A DNA stretch of 64,000 bases, taken from positions 36,394,001-36,458,000 of the forward strand of contig NC_042999.1 in assembly GCF_006345805.1 (NCBI RefSeq). Direction: 5' to 3'. Positions 1-12,961 of the stretch are shown piece after piece. The translations under genes were made by a program, and so were the position numbers. A model generated the notes under the pieces. The model did not search any database, was not told the DNA's origin, and was given only the letters and a program-made list of their open reading frames with translations. The first letter of the stretch is position 1; the number at the start of each line of letters is the position of its first letter. The DNA comes from Octopus sinensis. Its lineage: Eukaryota.

Positions 1-600
1 GATATATCGTTTATACAAGAAAAATAAAGGTCATTATTTTCTGTGGCTTGGCATAATGACCTTCAAGTGGTCAACAGTGGATTGGTATGCAATGCAGCTA
101 TGACACAAACATTGTAAATATCATTGATAAGTCAGTAGAAATAACGGATTAGTTCTACATTTCAGGTGACCTAAAAAGTATTGGTGGAATATAGATTAGA
201 ATTCATTGTTACTGAAGATTAGAGAATAATGTTTTGAGTTTATACAGAGATTATAGTTCCTCATGGAAATCTTACTGTATGGGGTCAGAGTAATGGTGCT
301 ATATAGTAAGAAAGAGAAAACAGAGATGATAAATGGTTTTTCAAATGGCTGGACAAGAATAGACGAATATGCTATAATGTCATAGTTCGGAAGATTAAGA
401 TAAGAGGGTAATTCTTATTTTGAAAGGAAGTAATATCAAGTGTGAAGAAATGTGAATAAGTGGTTGATTCTAGACAAGCTTTAGACTAATAATGATATGA
501 TGTTTGGTAACGATCTGTCACTTGTGTATTTATGAGATGAAATAATTCACAAGCTGAATAGCTGCTGAAGAAATAATCTTCAAGAAGTCAGCTGAGAAAT

Positions 601-1392
601 GGTTATTTTGCAGTATGTTCATAACTTGGCAATATGAATAGGAAGTAGTAGAAGCCGTAAGTTGTGTTTGTATAGTAAGGATTCTATAACCCAAGAAACT
701 GACTTTTAGTTTTGAAGGTTTATCTTATTCTCCAGTTTTTTTAGGGTTTCTTGTTTTACAATCTGCCCTAATTGAGCAGGCTTACAATCTATAATCAAAG
801 AAGTCATTCCAGCTTTGTCCAATGTATTTTTCCTTTTTATTATTAATAGGGTGCAAGCTGGCAGAATCGTTAACACACTGGGCAGAATGCTTAGTGATAT
901 TTCATCTGTCTTTGTGTTCTGAGTTCAACTTTTGCCGAGGTCAACTTTTCCTGTCATCCTTTTAGAATCAATAAAATAAGTACCAGTTGAACATGGTTAT
1001 TTTGTAGTCATTTTCATAACTTGGAAGTATAAATAGGAAGTAGTAGAAGCAAACGGTTATGTTTGTATAGTAAGGGTTCTATGACTTAGAAAGCTGACTT
1101 TTATAGTTTTTTTGAAGATTCATTCTTCAGCTTTCTGAGGGTTTCTTTTTTTTTTTACAGTCTACCCTAATTGAACAGATCTATAATAAAAGAAATCATT
1201 CCAGCTTTGTCCAACGTATCCTTTTTTATTATTAATAGGGTGTAAGACAGTGAGCTGGCAGAATCATTATCATGCTGGGCAAAATGCTTAGCAATATTGT
1301 GTCTGTCTTTACATTCCGATTTCAAATTCTGCCGAGGTTGACTTTGCCTCTCATCCTTCCAGTGTTCATAAAATAAGTACCAGTTGAACACT
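601..1392 (+). repeat. Tandem duplication of a ~394-bp unit (601-994 and 995-~1392), breakpoint inside a SINE
   Basis: Both units begin GGTTATTTTG(C/T)AGT..TTCATAACTTGG and run colinearly through a SINE head to CCAGTTGAACA. Confidence 0.85.
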
Positions 1393-1460
1393 GGAGTCAA
1401 TGTAATCAACTTACCTCCCTCTCCCCTAAAATTGCTGGCCTTGTGCCAAAATATAAAACC
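1244..1460 (+). mobile_element. tRNA-derived SINE with Meta-like central domain, 16-bp TSD
   Basis: Head GAGCTGGCAGAATC, domain GACTTTGCCTCTCATCCTTCC..AAAATAAGTACCAG; ATTATTAATAGGGTGT at 1228-1243 and 1461-1476. Related copies near 855-990, 5800-5985(-), 21922-22487, 27355-27515, 33650-33880(-), 41515-41670(-), 49775-50005, 62900-63085(-), 63380-63610(-). Confidence 0.8.
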
Positions 1461-1665
1461 ATTATTAATAGGGTGTGATTTCAAGGATGTTAGGCTGCTA
1501 TTTCTAATAAGCCTAATGATTGTGTAGAGATTCAGTTGTGGAATCAAAGATTTATATCACTGGAAAAAGTTTTTGTTTCCGTTACAATAAATTTTCCCTG
1601 CATTGATATATTCCAAATTTGACATGGTTTCTTTTATTTTTCCAGATCTCAAATATCTTGTCGAA

Positions 1666-2152
1666 ATGTCTGACTTCAAGGAATGGTTGCTGACCACAGG
1701 ACACCAGTTTCTTAAATGGTCTGACAATGAAAGGAACCAAACTCTTGACCATTTAATCTCCATCAGCAGTAGTTCCCAGTTAGTTTACCTAGCACAACTT
1801 TTGCCAACATTAGTATATCGAGATTTTTTCAGATTACTTCCAAAAGAAATTTCTACCATTATCACAAGATACCTCGATGCTAAATCTATTCTTAATTGTC
1901 TATTAGTGAGTCGACATTGGTATCAGCTCCTTAACTCCCTGCCTGAAGTCTGGCGCCACTGTTGTCGGCTGCATTATATCAAAGTTGACTCTTCACCGCA
2001 TCCTGCTTTGTATTATAAGACGCTTTTTCTCAAAGTAACATCAAAACTATTGAAACCTCTAAAACAGCGTAAGATGTACAGTGAGAAGTTCTTTAGGGGT
2101 CACTCAAACAGGATTATGGCGCTTGATTATCACAATGGCAGATTGGCTTCTG
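1666..2152 (+). CDS. FBXW2: F-box/WD repeat protein 2-like, coding exon 1 (N-terminus, F-box, start of WD1)
   Basis: MSDFKEWL..RNQTLDHLISIS..YRDFFRLLPKEIS..GHSNRIMALDYHNGRLAS matches the FBXW2 N-terminus as recalled (KNETLDHLISLSG..KRDFLKLLPLE). Acceptor TTTCCAG ends at 1645, ATG at 1666, phase-1 donor G|GTAAG at 2152/2153. Confidence 0.9.
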
Positions 2153-2667
2153 GTAAGGGTATTGAAACAATAATTTTTAAATGTTGTTTTGTAGATAATA
2201 TCAAGTTATATTCAGTGTTGTATTCATTCTTTGATGATAGAATAAGTTGAGTGTCTTTCATTTGATATGGAAATTGTTTTACAGCTGGGTGCAGACATAA
2301 CTGTGTCATTAAGGAACTTACTTCTCAACTACATAGTTTCAGTCTCACTATATGGTACCTTGATCAAGTGTCTTCTACTACAGCCCTGGGACAACCAAAG
2401 ACTTATGAGTTGGTTTGGTTGACAGAAGCTAAACAAAGCCTTTTATGAGTTTGTGTGTGTGTGTGTATATATATATATAACTATGTATGTATGTATGTAT
2501 GTGTGTGTGCGTGTGTGTATGTATGTGTGTATGTATGTATGTACGTATGTATGTATTCAATTACAAAGCTTCTGTCAGCCCAAGACTATAGATGAAGACA
2601 CTTGCCCAAGATGCCATACAGTGGGACTGAACCTGTAACTGGGAAGCAAGCTTCCTAACCACACGAC

Positions 2668-4260
2668 CAACTGAAAATAATGGAAAAAGGAGAGATCCAC
2701 ACCAAATTCTGAAGGAAAGCAGCCAGTAGATATATGTATTTTCATTACAATTCAGCCCGTCTACTCAGTACCAAAATAGGATATGCCAGAAATAAATTTA
2801 CATGCATCCAGAGCAAGTGCAGCAGGACAGAGGACAAGGTGACCCACACAACATGCTTCCTAGAAGTATTGAAAACCAATGGCTACCCTATATCCACTGT
2901 GAATCAGCTTACGTACCCATGACAACAAACATGCCAAATACACAGAAATCCCAGCAACACATGCTTCCTTATAATACCCCGTTTTAGCAAGAGGATAACT
3001 ACAGCTGTCTGAAGAGCCATAAGGAGAGAAGGATTGGACATACAACTAGCCCACTCCAGCCCCTCTCTGAGAAAACACCTAGCAAAGAAACGAGCAAGGG
3101 ACAGCAATCAGTGCACACTAACTAACTGCCCCAACCGTAACACAAACTTGTGCCAATGGGTACATGTTGTATATCGAATACAATGTAACATCATCATCAT
3201 CATCATCGTTTAACGTCCGTTCTCCGTGCTAGCATGGGTTGGACGGTTCGACTGGGGATCTGGGAAGCCAGAAGGCTGCACCAGGCTCCAGTCTGATCTG
3301 GCAGTGTTTCTACAGCTGGATGCCCTTCCTAATGCCAACCACTCCGTGAGTGTAGTGGGTGCTTTTTATGTGCCAGGCGAGGCTGGCAATGGCCACGATT
3401 GGATTGGTGCTTTTTACATGCCACTGGCACGGAAGCCAGTCAAGGCGGCGCTGGCATCGGCCACATTCGGATGGTGCTTTTTATGTGCCATCAGCACGGA
3501 AGACAGTCTAGGCGGTGCTGGCATCAGCCACGTTTGGATGGTGCTTTTTACGTGCTGCCGACACAGGGATCACAACTGCAGTTTCCATTGATTTTTGATG
3601 TTGGTGTACTTGACTCAATGGATCTCCTCAAGCACAGATGCAACAATTTCTATGTAGGTAGCACAACAAGGCCATTACACATTTGCATCAAAGAACATCT
3701 AAACAAATGAGCCTCCTCCTTCAGAAAACACGTAGACAGATGCCAGAACACCAACAAAAACATAACAGTTACAACTAAGGCCAGTGACAGAAATTTAGGA
3801 AATTTAAGAATTAAGGAGGCTATCCTCATAGATAGACTAGGGCCCTAAATTAACCACAGGTTAGAAATTAACACTCACTATTTAAGTTAACAACACTGAC
3901 ACCCTGCACACACAATGGTAACATGTGCATATAATAAAACATTATAAAAAAATGCACATAAAATACATAACTTAGAAACATCGCTATGAATATGCCAACA
4001 CACACGAGTCAAGATGTGACTACCCTCACACACTTCTCATGAGGAATTCTGGAAAGAATTTCATGAGAACATTACAAGAACGCTTCCAACAGATTTCAGT
4101 AACCGTTAGAAGGATAAGAAAACCAACTATAACAGTAACGCCATTACTTCCTAGCAATCTCTGAAGAAGGAATTTTTATATTCCAATTAAATTATTTCTA
4201 ACTGTTATTATAGTCCACTCTGCATTGTTTTACCATTCCAGACACATTACATTTCATACA
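2668..4260 (+). mobile_element. Penelope-like element fragment (RT C-terminus, GIY-YIG endonuclease, 3' UTR), interrupted by an RTE tail
   Basis: YFHYNSARLLSTK..TNGYP; VVYRIQCN|[insert]|RCNNFYVGSTTRPLHICIKEHL..LRIKEAILIDRLGP; ends in (TA)n near 4260. Confidence 0.85.
3190..3625 (-). mobile_element. 5'-truncated RTE LINE 3' UTR ((GAT)n-tailed family)
   Basis: Reverse complement of ..GGTTGGCGTTAGGAAGGGCATCCAGCTGTAGAAA..GGACGTTAAACGATGATGAT. Other copies approx. 4280-4675(+), 7222-7720(-), 16535-16780(+), 16940-17315(-), 18965-19125(-), 19785-20045(+), 20110-20390(-), 27560-28035(+), 32385-32660(-), 32800-33365(-), 33925-34040(-), 34310-34735(+), 47570-47878(+), 48720-48920(+). Confidence 0.85.
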
Positions 4261-4849
4261 TATATATATGTGCACAAATTCGATGACTGGGACCCTTGCC
4301 AGTGGAGTGCTAAGAGCACCATCCGAGCATGATCGCTGCCAGAGTAGCTGACTGGCTTCTGTGCCAGTGGCACGTAAAAAGCACCATTCAAACGTGATCA
4401 TTACCAGCATTGCCCTACTGGTACTTATGCTAGTGGTACATGAAAAACATTCGAGCGAGGTCGTTGCCAGTGCCGCTGGACCGGCCCTCGTGCTGGTGGC
4501 ACGTAAAAGCACCCGCTACGCTCTCAGAGTGGTTGGCATTGGGAATGGCATCCAGCTGTAGAAACTCTGCCAGATCAGATTGGAGCCTGGTGCAGCCATC
4601 TGGTTTGCCAGTCCTCAGTCAAAATCGTCCAACCCATGCTAGCATGAAAAGTGGACGTTAAACGATGATGATGATGTATGTATATGTATGTGTGTGTATG
4701 TGAGTTGGTATCCTTTTCTTGTGACATATCCTTTTCTTGTGATATCTAGCTGGGGAGAATGTTACCTTACTTGAAAACAAGTGAAGACTGGCAACAGGAA
4801 GGACATCTGGCTGTAGAAAATCTGCCTCCACAAATTTCATCCTATACTC

Positions 4850-5245
4850 TTTTTTTTTTCTCTTTTTACTTGTTTCAGTCATTTGACTGTGGCCATGCTG
4901 GAGCACCACCTTTTTAGTCAAGCAAATCGACCCCAGGACTTATTCTTTGTAAGCCTAGTACGTATTCTATCGGTCTCTTTGCCGAACCGCTATGTTACGG
5001 GGACGTAAACACACCAGCATCGGTTGTCAAGCGATGTTGGGCAGACAAACACAGACACACAAACACATACACATACATACATATATATATATGACGGGCT
5101 TCTTTCAGTTTGCGTCTACCAAATCGACTCACAAGGCTTTGGTCGGCCCAACGCCATAGTAGAAGACACTTGCCCAAGGTGCCACGCACTGGGATTGAAC
5201 CCGGAACCATGTGGTTCGTAAGCAAGCTACTTACCACACAGCCAC
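4850..5245 (-). mobile_element. CORE-type tRNA-SINE (octopus OR-like) with internal TA/TG microsatellite
   Basis: Head GGAGTGGCTGTGTGGTAAG..GGTTCAATCCC, CORE-like GGCACCTTGGGCAAGTGTCTT, tail ..GACTGAAACAAGTAAAA. About 20 further full or partial copies, e.g. 8912-9335(+), 17462-17865(+), 19165-19575(-), 39128-39535(+), 41970-42400(-), 44245-44640(+), 52305-52715(-), 52990-53380(+), 56975-57370(-), 58365-58760(-). Confidence 0.85.
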
Positions 5246-5984
5246 TCCTATGCCAGTGGCACGTAAAAAGCACCATTCAAACGTGATCATTACCAGCATC
5301 GCCCTACTGGTACTTGTGCTAGTGGTACATGAAAAACATTCGAGCGAGGTCGTTATATTGAAAAAGTAAACATTAAAGCAATGATGACAATGGACAACAA
5401 CGTCAGTGTTGTCTTTTCTATTGCTAACCGCCCAAGACTAAGGCTGGTGCAGGACTTAATTATCTGTCAAAGAAAAACGAAGAAAGAAAAGTTTTTAGCA
5501 CAAAACAGAGGAGGATGTAGAAAGGTTTAAATTCATGATCATCTTATTGTTATAGCTCATGGTTTATTCCTTGCTTCCTCCAATTGTCTCGGATGTCATA
5601 TAAACAAAAGTGATACAACAGAACCATGTAAAGTTCATGCTTATGGCTCTCTGTTGACTAAGCCATAAAAATGGCGACCAATAGAAATACAGTTATATTG
5701 ACAACATTGATAATGTATATCCATATGTATAATATCATTACCACTACTACTAATACTACTACCGCCACCACCATTACTACTATTATCAATACCTATTTCT
5801 TTATTACCCACAAGGGGCTAAACACAGAGAGGACAAACAAGGACAGACAAACGGATTAAGTCGATTATATCGACCCCAGTGCGTAACTGGTACTTAATTT
5901 ATCGACCCCGAAAGGATGAAAGGCAAAGTCGACCTCGGCGGAATTTGAACTCAGAACGTAATGGCAGACGAAATACGGCTACGC

Positions 5985-6184
5985 ATCACTACTATCATCA
6001 CCACTACCACTACTACTACCACCACCACTACTACTATTATCACTACCACCTCCACTGTTACAACTACAACCACCACTACTACTTACTACTACTATCACCA
6101 CAACATCACCACTGCTAACACCAACACAACCACTACTACCACTACCACCTCCACTACCATTACTATTTCTCCCATCACCACCAC
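5985..6184. repeat. (CAC/TAC)n low-complexity tract
   Basis: Direct trinucleotide periodicity. Confidence 0.95.
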
Positions 6185-6575
6185 AGTGGAGGCGCAATGG
6201 CCCAGTGGTTAGGGCAGCAGACTCGCGGTCATAGGATCGCGGTTTCGATTCCCAGACCGGGTGTTGTGAGTGTTTATTGAGCGAAAACACCTAAAAGCTC
6301 CACGAGGCTCCGGCAGGGGATGGTGGTGATCCCTGCTGTACTCTTTCACCACAACTTTCTCTCACTCTTACTTCCTGTCTCTCTTGTACCTGTATTTCAA
6401 AGGGCCGGCCTTGTCACTCTCTGTGTCACGCTGAATATCCCCGAGAACTACGTTAAGGGTACACGTGTCTGTGGAGTGCTCAACCACTTACACGTTAATT
6501 TCACGAGCAGGCTGTTTCGTTGATTCGGATCAACCGGAACCCTCGTCGTCGTAACCGACGGTGTGCTTCCATTCC
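6185..6575 (+). mobile_element. tRNA-derived SINE, second family
   Basis: A box TGGCCCAGTGG, B box GGTTTCGATTCC; tail GTGTCACGCTGAAT..CGTAACCGACGG shared with 22053-22379(-) and 50005-50310(-). Confidence 0.85.
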
Positions 6576-8061
6576 ATCACCACCACACCACCACTACCCG
6601 GTTCCATTATTTAAAATTCAGCTGTAGTGGCTAGAAGCTTTGTAATAAATAATGGTTAAGTAAACCATGTCATACTACTTAAATCTTGATACTTTCACTG
6701 AAGCTCTTTTCTCCCAATATTCTCTCTGACATTATTTTTGTAGATAAATGTCAAAGTTTTGTTGGGGCAGTCATTAAGCCAATAATAAACACACACTGGT
6801 TCTGTATCACTTCATTTGTTAATTTATTGACATTTTACAAATTAACTCATCAACTATTTAACTAATTGTTCTGTTGATCAATCATGAAGAGAGGGCATAT
6901 CATTGAAGAGGTGATGGATGGTGACTAAAGGATGAAAGGTCAAGCCTAGTTGATTGAGTGAGTGACCAAGCAATTATCTTTAATCTTTAACTTGTTTCAG
7001 TCATTAGGCTGTGGCCATACTGGGCTCTACCTTGATGAACTTTTAGTCAAATGAAGCAACCTCAATACTTAATTTTGTTAAGCTTGGTACTTATTCTATC
7101 AGTCAGTTTTGCTGAACCACTAAGTTACAGGGATGTAAACACACCAACACTGGTTGTCAAGCGTTGATGGCAAGGACAGACAGACAAACACACACATGCA
7201 TATATATATATATATATATATATCATCATCATCATCATCATCGTTTAATGTCCGTTCTCCATGCTAGCATGGGTTGGACGGTTCGACCGGGGATCTGGGA
7301 AGCCAGAAGGCTGCACCAGGCTCCGGTCTTATCTGGCAATGTTTCTACAGCTGGATGCCCTTCCTAACGCCAACCACTCCGTGAGTGTAGTGGGTGCTTT
7401 TTACGTGCCACCTGCACTGGTGCCAGGCGAGGCTGGCATCGGCCACGGTCGGATTGGTGCATTTTACGTGCCACCTGCACGGAAGCCAGTTGAGGCGGCA
7501 CTGGCTTCCGTCACGATTCGGATGGTGCTTTTCACGTGCCACCGACACGGAAGCCAGTCGAGGCGGCGCTAGCATCGGCCACGATTCGGATAGTGCTTTT
7601 TACGTGCCACCGACACGGAAGCCAGTCGAGGCGGCGCTGGCATCGGCCACAATTCGGATAGTGCTTTTTACGTATCTCCAGTCCAGGGGTCCTGGCATCT
7701 GCCGGGTGCCAGTCATAGGATTGGTTCTTTCAGTTTCTGTCTACCAAATCCACTCACATGGCTTTGGTCGACCAGAATTTGAACTCAGAATGTAAAGATG
7801 GATGGAATGCTGCTCAGTATTGTGCCCCACATGCTAACAATTCTGCCAGCTCACTGCCTTATCAGATTAACTAATAATAAAAGAAGTGAAACAGAACCAG
7901 TGTGTGTGTGTGTGTTTTTTTTTTCATCTTTGGTATATTGATCCTTCATGATACTAAAAAATCTGTTTCAATGCATGGTTCAGATCAAAAATCTTGCAAA
8001 CGAAATATAGAAATGAAATGTTAATGTTTTCTTTAAACTTAATAATATTCTCTTGTTCTAG

Positions 8062-8818
8062 GTTCTGATGACCATTCTGTTTCTATATGGCAATATCCAG
8101 GTGGTGAAAGGCTAATAGTGCCTCAACACAAATCAGTGAGTACTGTGAAATTGATGGATAACTTTGTTTATATGTCATTTTTTGATGGCATCATTCACAG
8201 CTGGGAAATCTCTCGAGGCCTACAGTCATCGTTCATTGGCCATGTTTCAGCTGTATACTGCATTGATGTTTGTGAAAGATTATCAATTATGGTCACTGGT
8301 TCGGTTGACTTAACAATTAAAATATGGGACTTGCAGTCTGGTCAGTTGTTAACAACATTAATGGGACAACATGAATGTTGGATAATTGAAACAAAAATTG
8401 TTCCATCAGAAGATCTGTCTTCGTATACACTAATTAGCAGTGATTACAGAGTTTGTTATATCAGAAGAATGAACTCAGAACATGAACAAACACATATTGA
8501 AACTATTTCCTGTCCACATTATTCTATTATTCCTCATCTGCTAGTTGAAAATCATAGTCTTTTAAAGATCTGCTTCCAGTCTGATGATTATGAAGATGAT
8601 GATGAAGATACTCTAATCAAGGTTTATCAGTTTCAGCCAGAATTAAATATGGTTCAACGATATAAAATAACTAAAGCTGCCAAACCAATTGAGCTACTTT
8701 TGGGGGTTGGCCAGAAACTGGCTATGATTATTTCTCGTGTAGACCAATATTGGCTTCTTTCAATATTTGGACTACATACCAATGAAGTGCTTCTGGCAAA
8801 ACCATTTCCAGCAATCAG
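8062..8818 (+). CDS. FBXW2: FBXW2-like coding exon 2 (WD40 repeats)
   Basis: Acceptor TTGTTCTAG ends at 8061; G|SDDHSVSIW, GHVSAVYCIDV..VTGSVDLTIKIWDL; phase-2 donor AG|GTAAGG; phases match exons 1 and 3. Confidence 0.9.
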
Positions 8819-9735
8819 GTAAGGCTTTGTCATCTTTATTGTAAATTTTTTAGATTTCACTGTATTCTCTCTTCAAATGGCATTATTCTCACTTTCTTAT
8901 TATCTGCTCCATAGGCACAGACATGGCTGTGTGGTTAAGAAGCTTGCTTCCCAACCATGTAGTCTTGGGTTCAGTCTCATTCCATTGCACCTTGGGCAAG
9001 AATCACCTACTATAGCCCTGGGCCAACCAAAGCCTTGTGAGTGGATTTGGTAGATGAAAACTGAAAAACAGCCCATTGTATGAGTGTGTGTGTGTATACA
9101 TGTGTGTGTTTGTGTGACTTTGTGTTTCTATTATGTTGGTCCTCCACCACCTTGACAACCAGTGCTGGTTTGTTTACTTCCCCATTACCTAGTGGCTTGG
9201 CAAAAGTGGCCAGTAGACTAAGTACCTGACTTACGAAAATAAGTACTGTGGTTGATTTATTTGACTGAACCCTTCAAGGTAGTGCCCCAGCATGGCCACA
9301 ATCCATTGACTGAAACAGATAAATGATAAAAGATAAAATTACCTGACTTGTATCCCTAACATCAGCTGCCCTGTGACTATGATATGCCTCTCGTCCATTT
9401 TTGCCATAGCATAAGCTATCCCGTGTCCTTACAATATCTCTTTTTCACTGTCTCTATAATTCAGCTACCCTGCATCACTACAGTGTCTGTTGTCCATTTT
9501 CAGAATCAGTATGAGCTGCCTTCTAAATTTCCAATATTTCCACTATATGTCAGTCATAATTTCTGTCTCATGTCTGCTGTCCCTGCAATGTGTATTGTAT
9601 GAGCCCACATGTATTTACTGTACCTATTGGCTTCTATGTCTATCTGTTGACAGATAGATAAACAGAGAGAGTGGGGGAGAGAGAAGGAGTGGATGGATAA
9701 TTAGGTAGACAGACAGACAGATACATATATACATA

Positions 9736-10257
9736 CCGTAAATCCTTGAGTATAGTCCACCCTTGAGAATAATATGCAGGGGATTTTTAGGGGGCTGTAT
9801 CTCTGAAAAACCTAAACCTTGTGTATAATACGCACCCCTTCTCTAACTTGAGTCATGCGTAATTAAGCCTGCAGCACCTAGTCGAACAAACACTTCCGTG
9901 CATGCGTAATACAATAATGGTGATGTTCTTAACTGTTATATGGGAATGTAAATATGTTTGCAAATTGTTTTTGTTACATGTTATTCTGTGTTCTGAATAC
10001 TTTTATTTTATTAAATTTTCCTTGCTGCAAGTTATGGATCACTCTTTTATGACTTCATTGCTATCAAGCTTAGCTTAATGTATTTTCGTGCCCGACATCA
10101 CAAAATGCTTCTGAATAAACATTGCCAGACAGCAAATATAGACTCAGACATTACTTAGAAAATATTTTTCATTTTTAACCTCGTATATAGTACGTACTAG
10201 GGATTTTGACCATTAAATTTTGGGAAAAAAGTGCAGATTATACTCGAGGATTTACGG
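9736..10257. mobile_element. Tc1/mariner-superfamily MITE (Tc2-like TIR)
   Basis: TIRs CCGTAAATCCTTGAGTATA / TATACTCGAGGATTTACGG, TA on both sides, no ORF. Confidence 0.85.
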
Positions 10258-10622
10258 TATGTGTATATATTTATATATATATATGTAAACACTGTCCCCT
10301 GTTTTTAGAATGACCACCACCTGAACTAAATTCTATATATCATAATTATATATTTATGTTTCATATGGACAAATGAATTGTATATTTGTGTGTGTGTATT
10401 TATATAATACATATTTTATATTTATGTATAGACTTTTATGTCATATTCAGATATATTCTATAGTTATATTATATATTTATTATATATGATTATTTAATTT
10501 TTTGTATATATTCTAAATTCATAATTCATAATATATTATTTGTTCACATTTGTATGTTTGTGTTATATTTACATTCAGCTTTATATGTATTCTATATTCT
10601 TTTGCTTGTATATTTTCTACAG

Positions 10623-10791
10623 ACTAACCATACCTGGTTCCTCAGTCACCTGTGGACCTTCAGAATGGTTGAATGGCTTTGACTCCAATCCTCCCCGTGG
10701 GTTACTTTTAGCTGCTACTCTTGAAGATAATAGCATATACATTCTCAGTTGGAAAGAAGGTTCCAGTAAACACTCATCTAACAGAAAATGA
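10623..10791 (+). CDS. FBXW2: FBXW2-like terminal coding exon
   Basis: Acceptor TTTTCTACAG; GPSEWLNGFD..GLLLAATLEDNSIYILSWKE resembles FBXW2 C-terminus (GEASWLNGLD..DHSIHLVLWKE); stop TGA 10789-10791. Spliced CDS 487+757+169=1413 nt, 470 aa. Confidence 0.9.
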
Positions 10792-12961
10792 AGAGACGTT
10801 CAGTTTTTCAGCTGAAGGAAATTATAGTTTGTAGTATTCTGATATTGGTTTCATATCATATCAGAGGTAGAAGGATATTTTCTACAACCTCATGGTAGCT
10901 GTTTCAGACGAGACAAAAAGGCAGAAAGATGGAATAAGAGTGACACAGATAATTTGGAACTGTCAGCGATTGTGATTTACTATTTGTAAAAGCATTTTCA
11001 TAAGTTTCTCCTAAATATCCATGCTTGTTTTATGTTTCATTTTTGTATTTGAGACTCAAAACAGACCTTAAAGAGAGGGGGCATGTCATTGGTGAGGCAA
11101 TAAATAGCAATGACAGGACTTTGACAAAAGTGATTGTTTAACCAGCACATTAAACAAATGGTTTCATCCATTTTTTACCTGTGATCCCCTTTTGATTCCT
11201 ATCTTATACTAAGTCCCCATAACCATTCAGTGGATATATAAAAAAAAATCCTTCTGTATTTTTATAATAAAATATTATTATGAATTGTATAAAAAAAAAT
11301 TAAAATACTTTGTGCATTGTAAAAGTATAAGCAGTTTATTGCACATAAATTTAAAGAAAATATCTTATATGGATCCCCAAGGGCCATATGGGCCCCAGTT
11401 GAGAACCATTGAATTAGTTGATTAGATATCTAACCAACTGACTAACAATAAAGAAGTGATATTGAACCAGTGTGTGTTATTGTTATTGGTGTAATGACCC
11501 TCCCAAAACACAATACTTGTTTTACATGTTCTGAGTAATATAAAGCTTTCCTTTCATAAATTCCAAGTTATTCTGGTAGTTGAAAAAAAAATCAAGAATG
11601 TGTAACATATATGATGCATGGATGTCAAGGAAATATATTCTGTGTATCACATGTGATGCACAGGACAGGTAAAGTTTAATAATATTCTAGATGCTGTCTG
11701 CATTGTTCTACATTTATCATTGTTTTTTTACCACTTTATCAAGGAGGAAAGGGAAAACCCACTGACCTTTTGTTTTATTCTGAGTCTCTGGGATGAAGAT
11801 GAAGAAGGGAAGAGCTTATCTTCAAACAAAAGACCAGGTCCTCCAAGAGATTTTTCAAGGTCGAAGAAGACTGCATCGATTCGACTCAAATCTCCCCAAA
11901 GCACAAGGGGTTTTTTGGGGTGGGGAATTCGGGGAAGGGTCTCATGAAATATTCACAAGCACCCTCCTTCAAGTTCCAGGTCTTGAACCGATATACCTAC
12001 AGAACCACCTACTTTCAGACTCTGCAATAGACTTAGCCAGAATTTAGCAACAGAATGAACTCTGTTAAAGGCACCCTATGGGTCAGGTGTTGGAGTTCAA
12101 CCACGCTGTGGCTAAAGTCTATCACTCAAAAACTTAGATTGCAAAGGACTGAAACAAATACCACAAGGCATCGAAAACCCAATTTCACTAATCTGTCTCT
12201 CTACACTGCTACTTTAGTTTGTCGAACCCCAGAAACATGAAAAGTAAAATTGACCAAAGCAGGATTTGAGGATGCAATGATCCAGAACAAATAACACAAG
12301 CATTTTATCCTACACCTTAATGACTCAGTTAATTCACTGCCAAATATATGTGTGTGTGTGTGTGTCCTGCCTATAACTGATTGATTGAAGTAATGTGGTT
12401 ATTAAGCTTTAATTTTATATTACTCTATGGAAGATGGTAGGGATTATAATTATGATTTAATTGAGTTGTTGCTGCTTAGTTATGTATTTAGGAAAGGTTG
12501 TAATTTACTTATGGAATTTATTTAGTGATATGGTTGTACATTGGGTAAATGTGTTTGAAAGTTGTGGTTTCTTTGGTTTGTTTATTCCGAAACAACACTT
12601 ATTTTAGTGCTGTTGACACTGTGAGATTAAATGGTACTACCTAGGTGTTGAAACCATAATGATATCTGTGGGGCAGCTGATGATGGGAATGCTGGATTGT
12701 TGGTATAGCTATTTTTATATATGTGGATTAGTATTATTGGATTGTTGGGATGGCTGTGGAATAGTATTATAACACATCCTTTTGATATATATATGAAATA
12801 TATATTTATATAGGCATGGCTATGCCATAAGAAGTTTGCTTCCCAACCACTTGGTTTTGGGTTCACTCCCACTGCATGGCACCTTGAGCATGTGTTTACT
12901 ATAGTCTCAGAACAACCAAAACCTAGTGAATGGACTTGGTAGATGAAATATATATATATAT

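Noticed and set aside
1603-1665. Upstream extension of the F-box ORF (MIYSKFDMVSFIFPDLKYLVE)
   Set aside because: Crosses a polypyrimidine tract and AG at 1645; homology starts at Met 1666. The read-through beyond 2152 is likewise intronic.
5655-5680. YY1-like AAAATGGCG motif in FBXW2 intron 1
   Set aside because: Isolated motif without CpG or other promoter context.
6185-6260. tRNA-like sequence
   Set aside because: A/B boxes are present but it continues into a dispersed repeat body; it is a SINE head, not a tRNA gene.
11840-11870. TTGAAAA on the minus strand
   Set aside because: No stem II/GAAA architecture.
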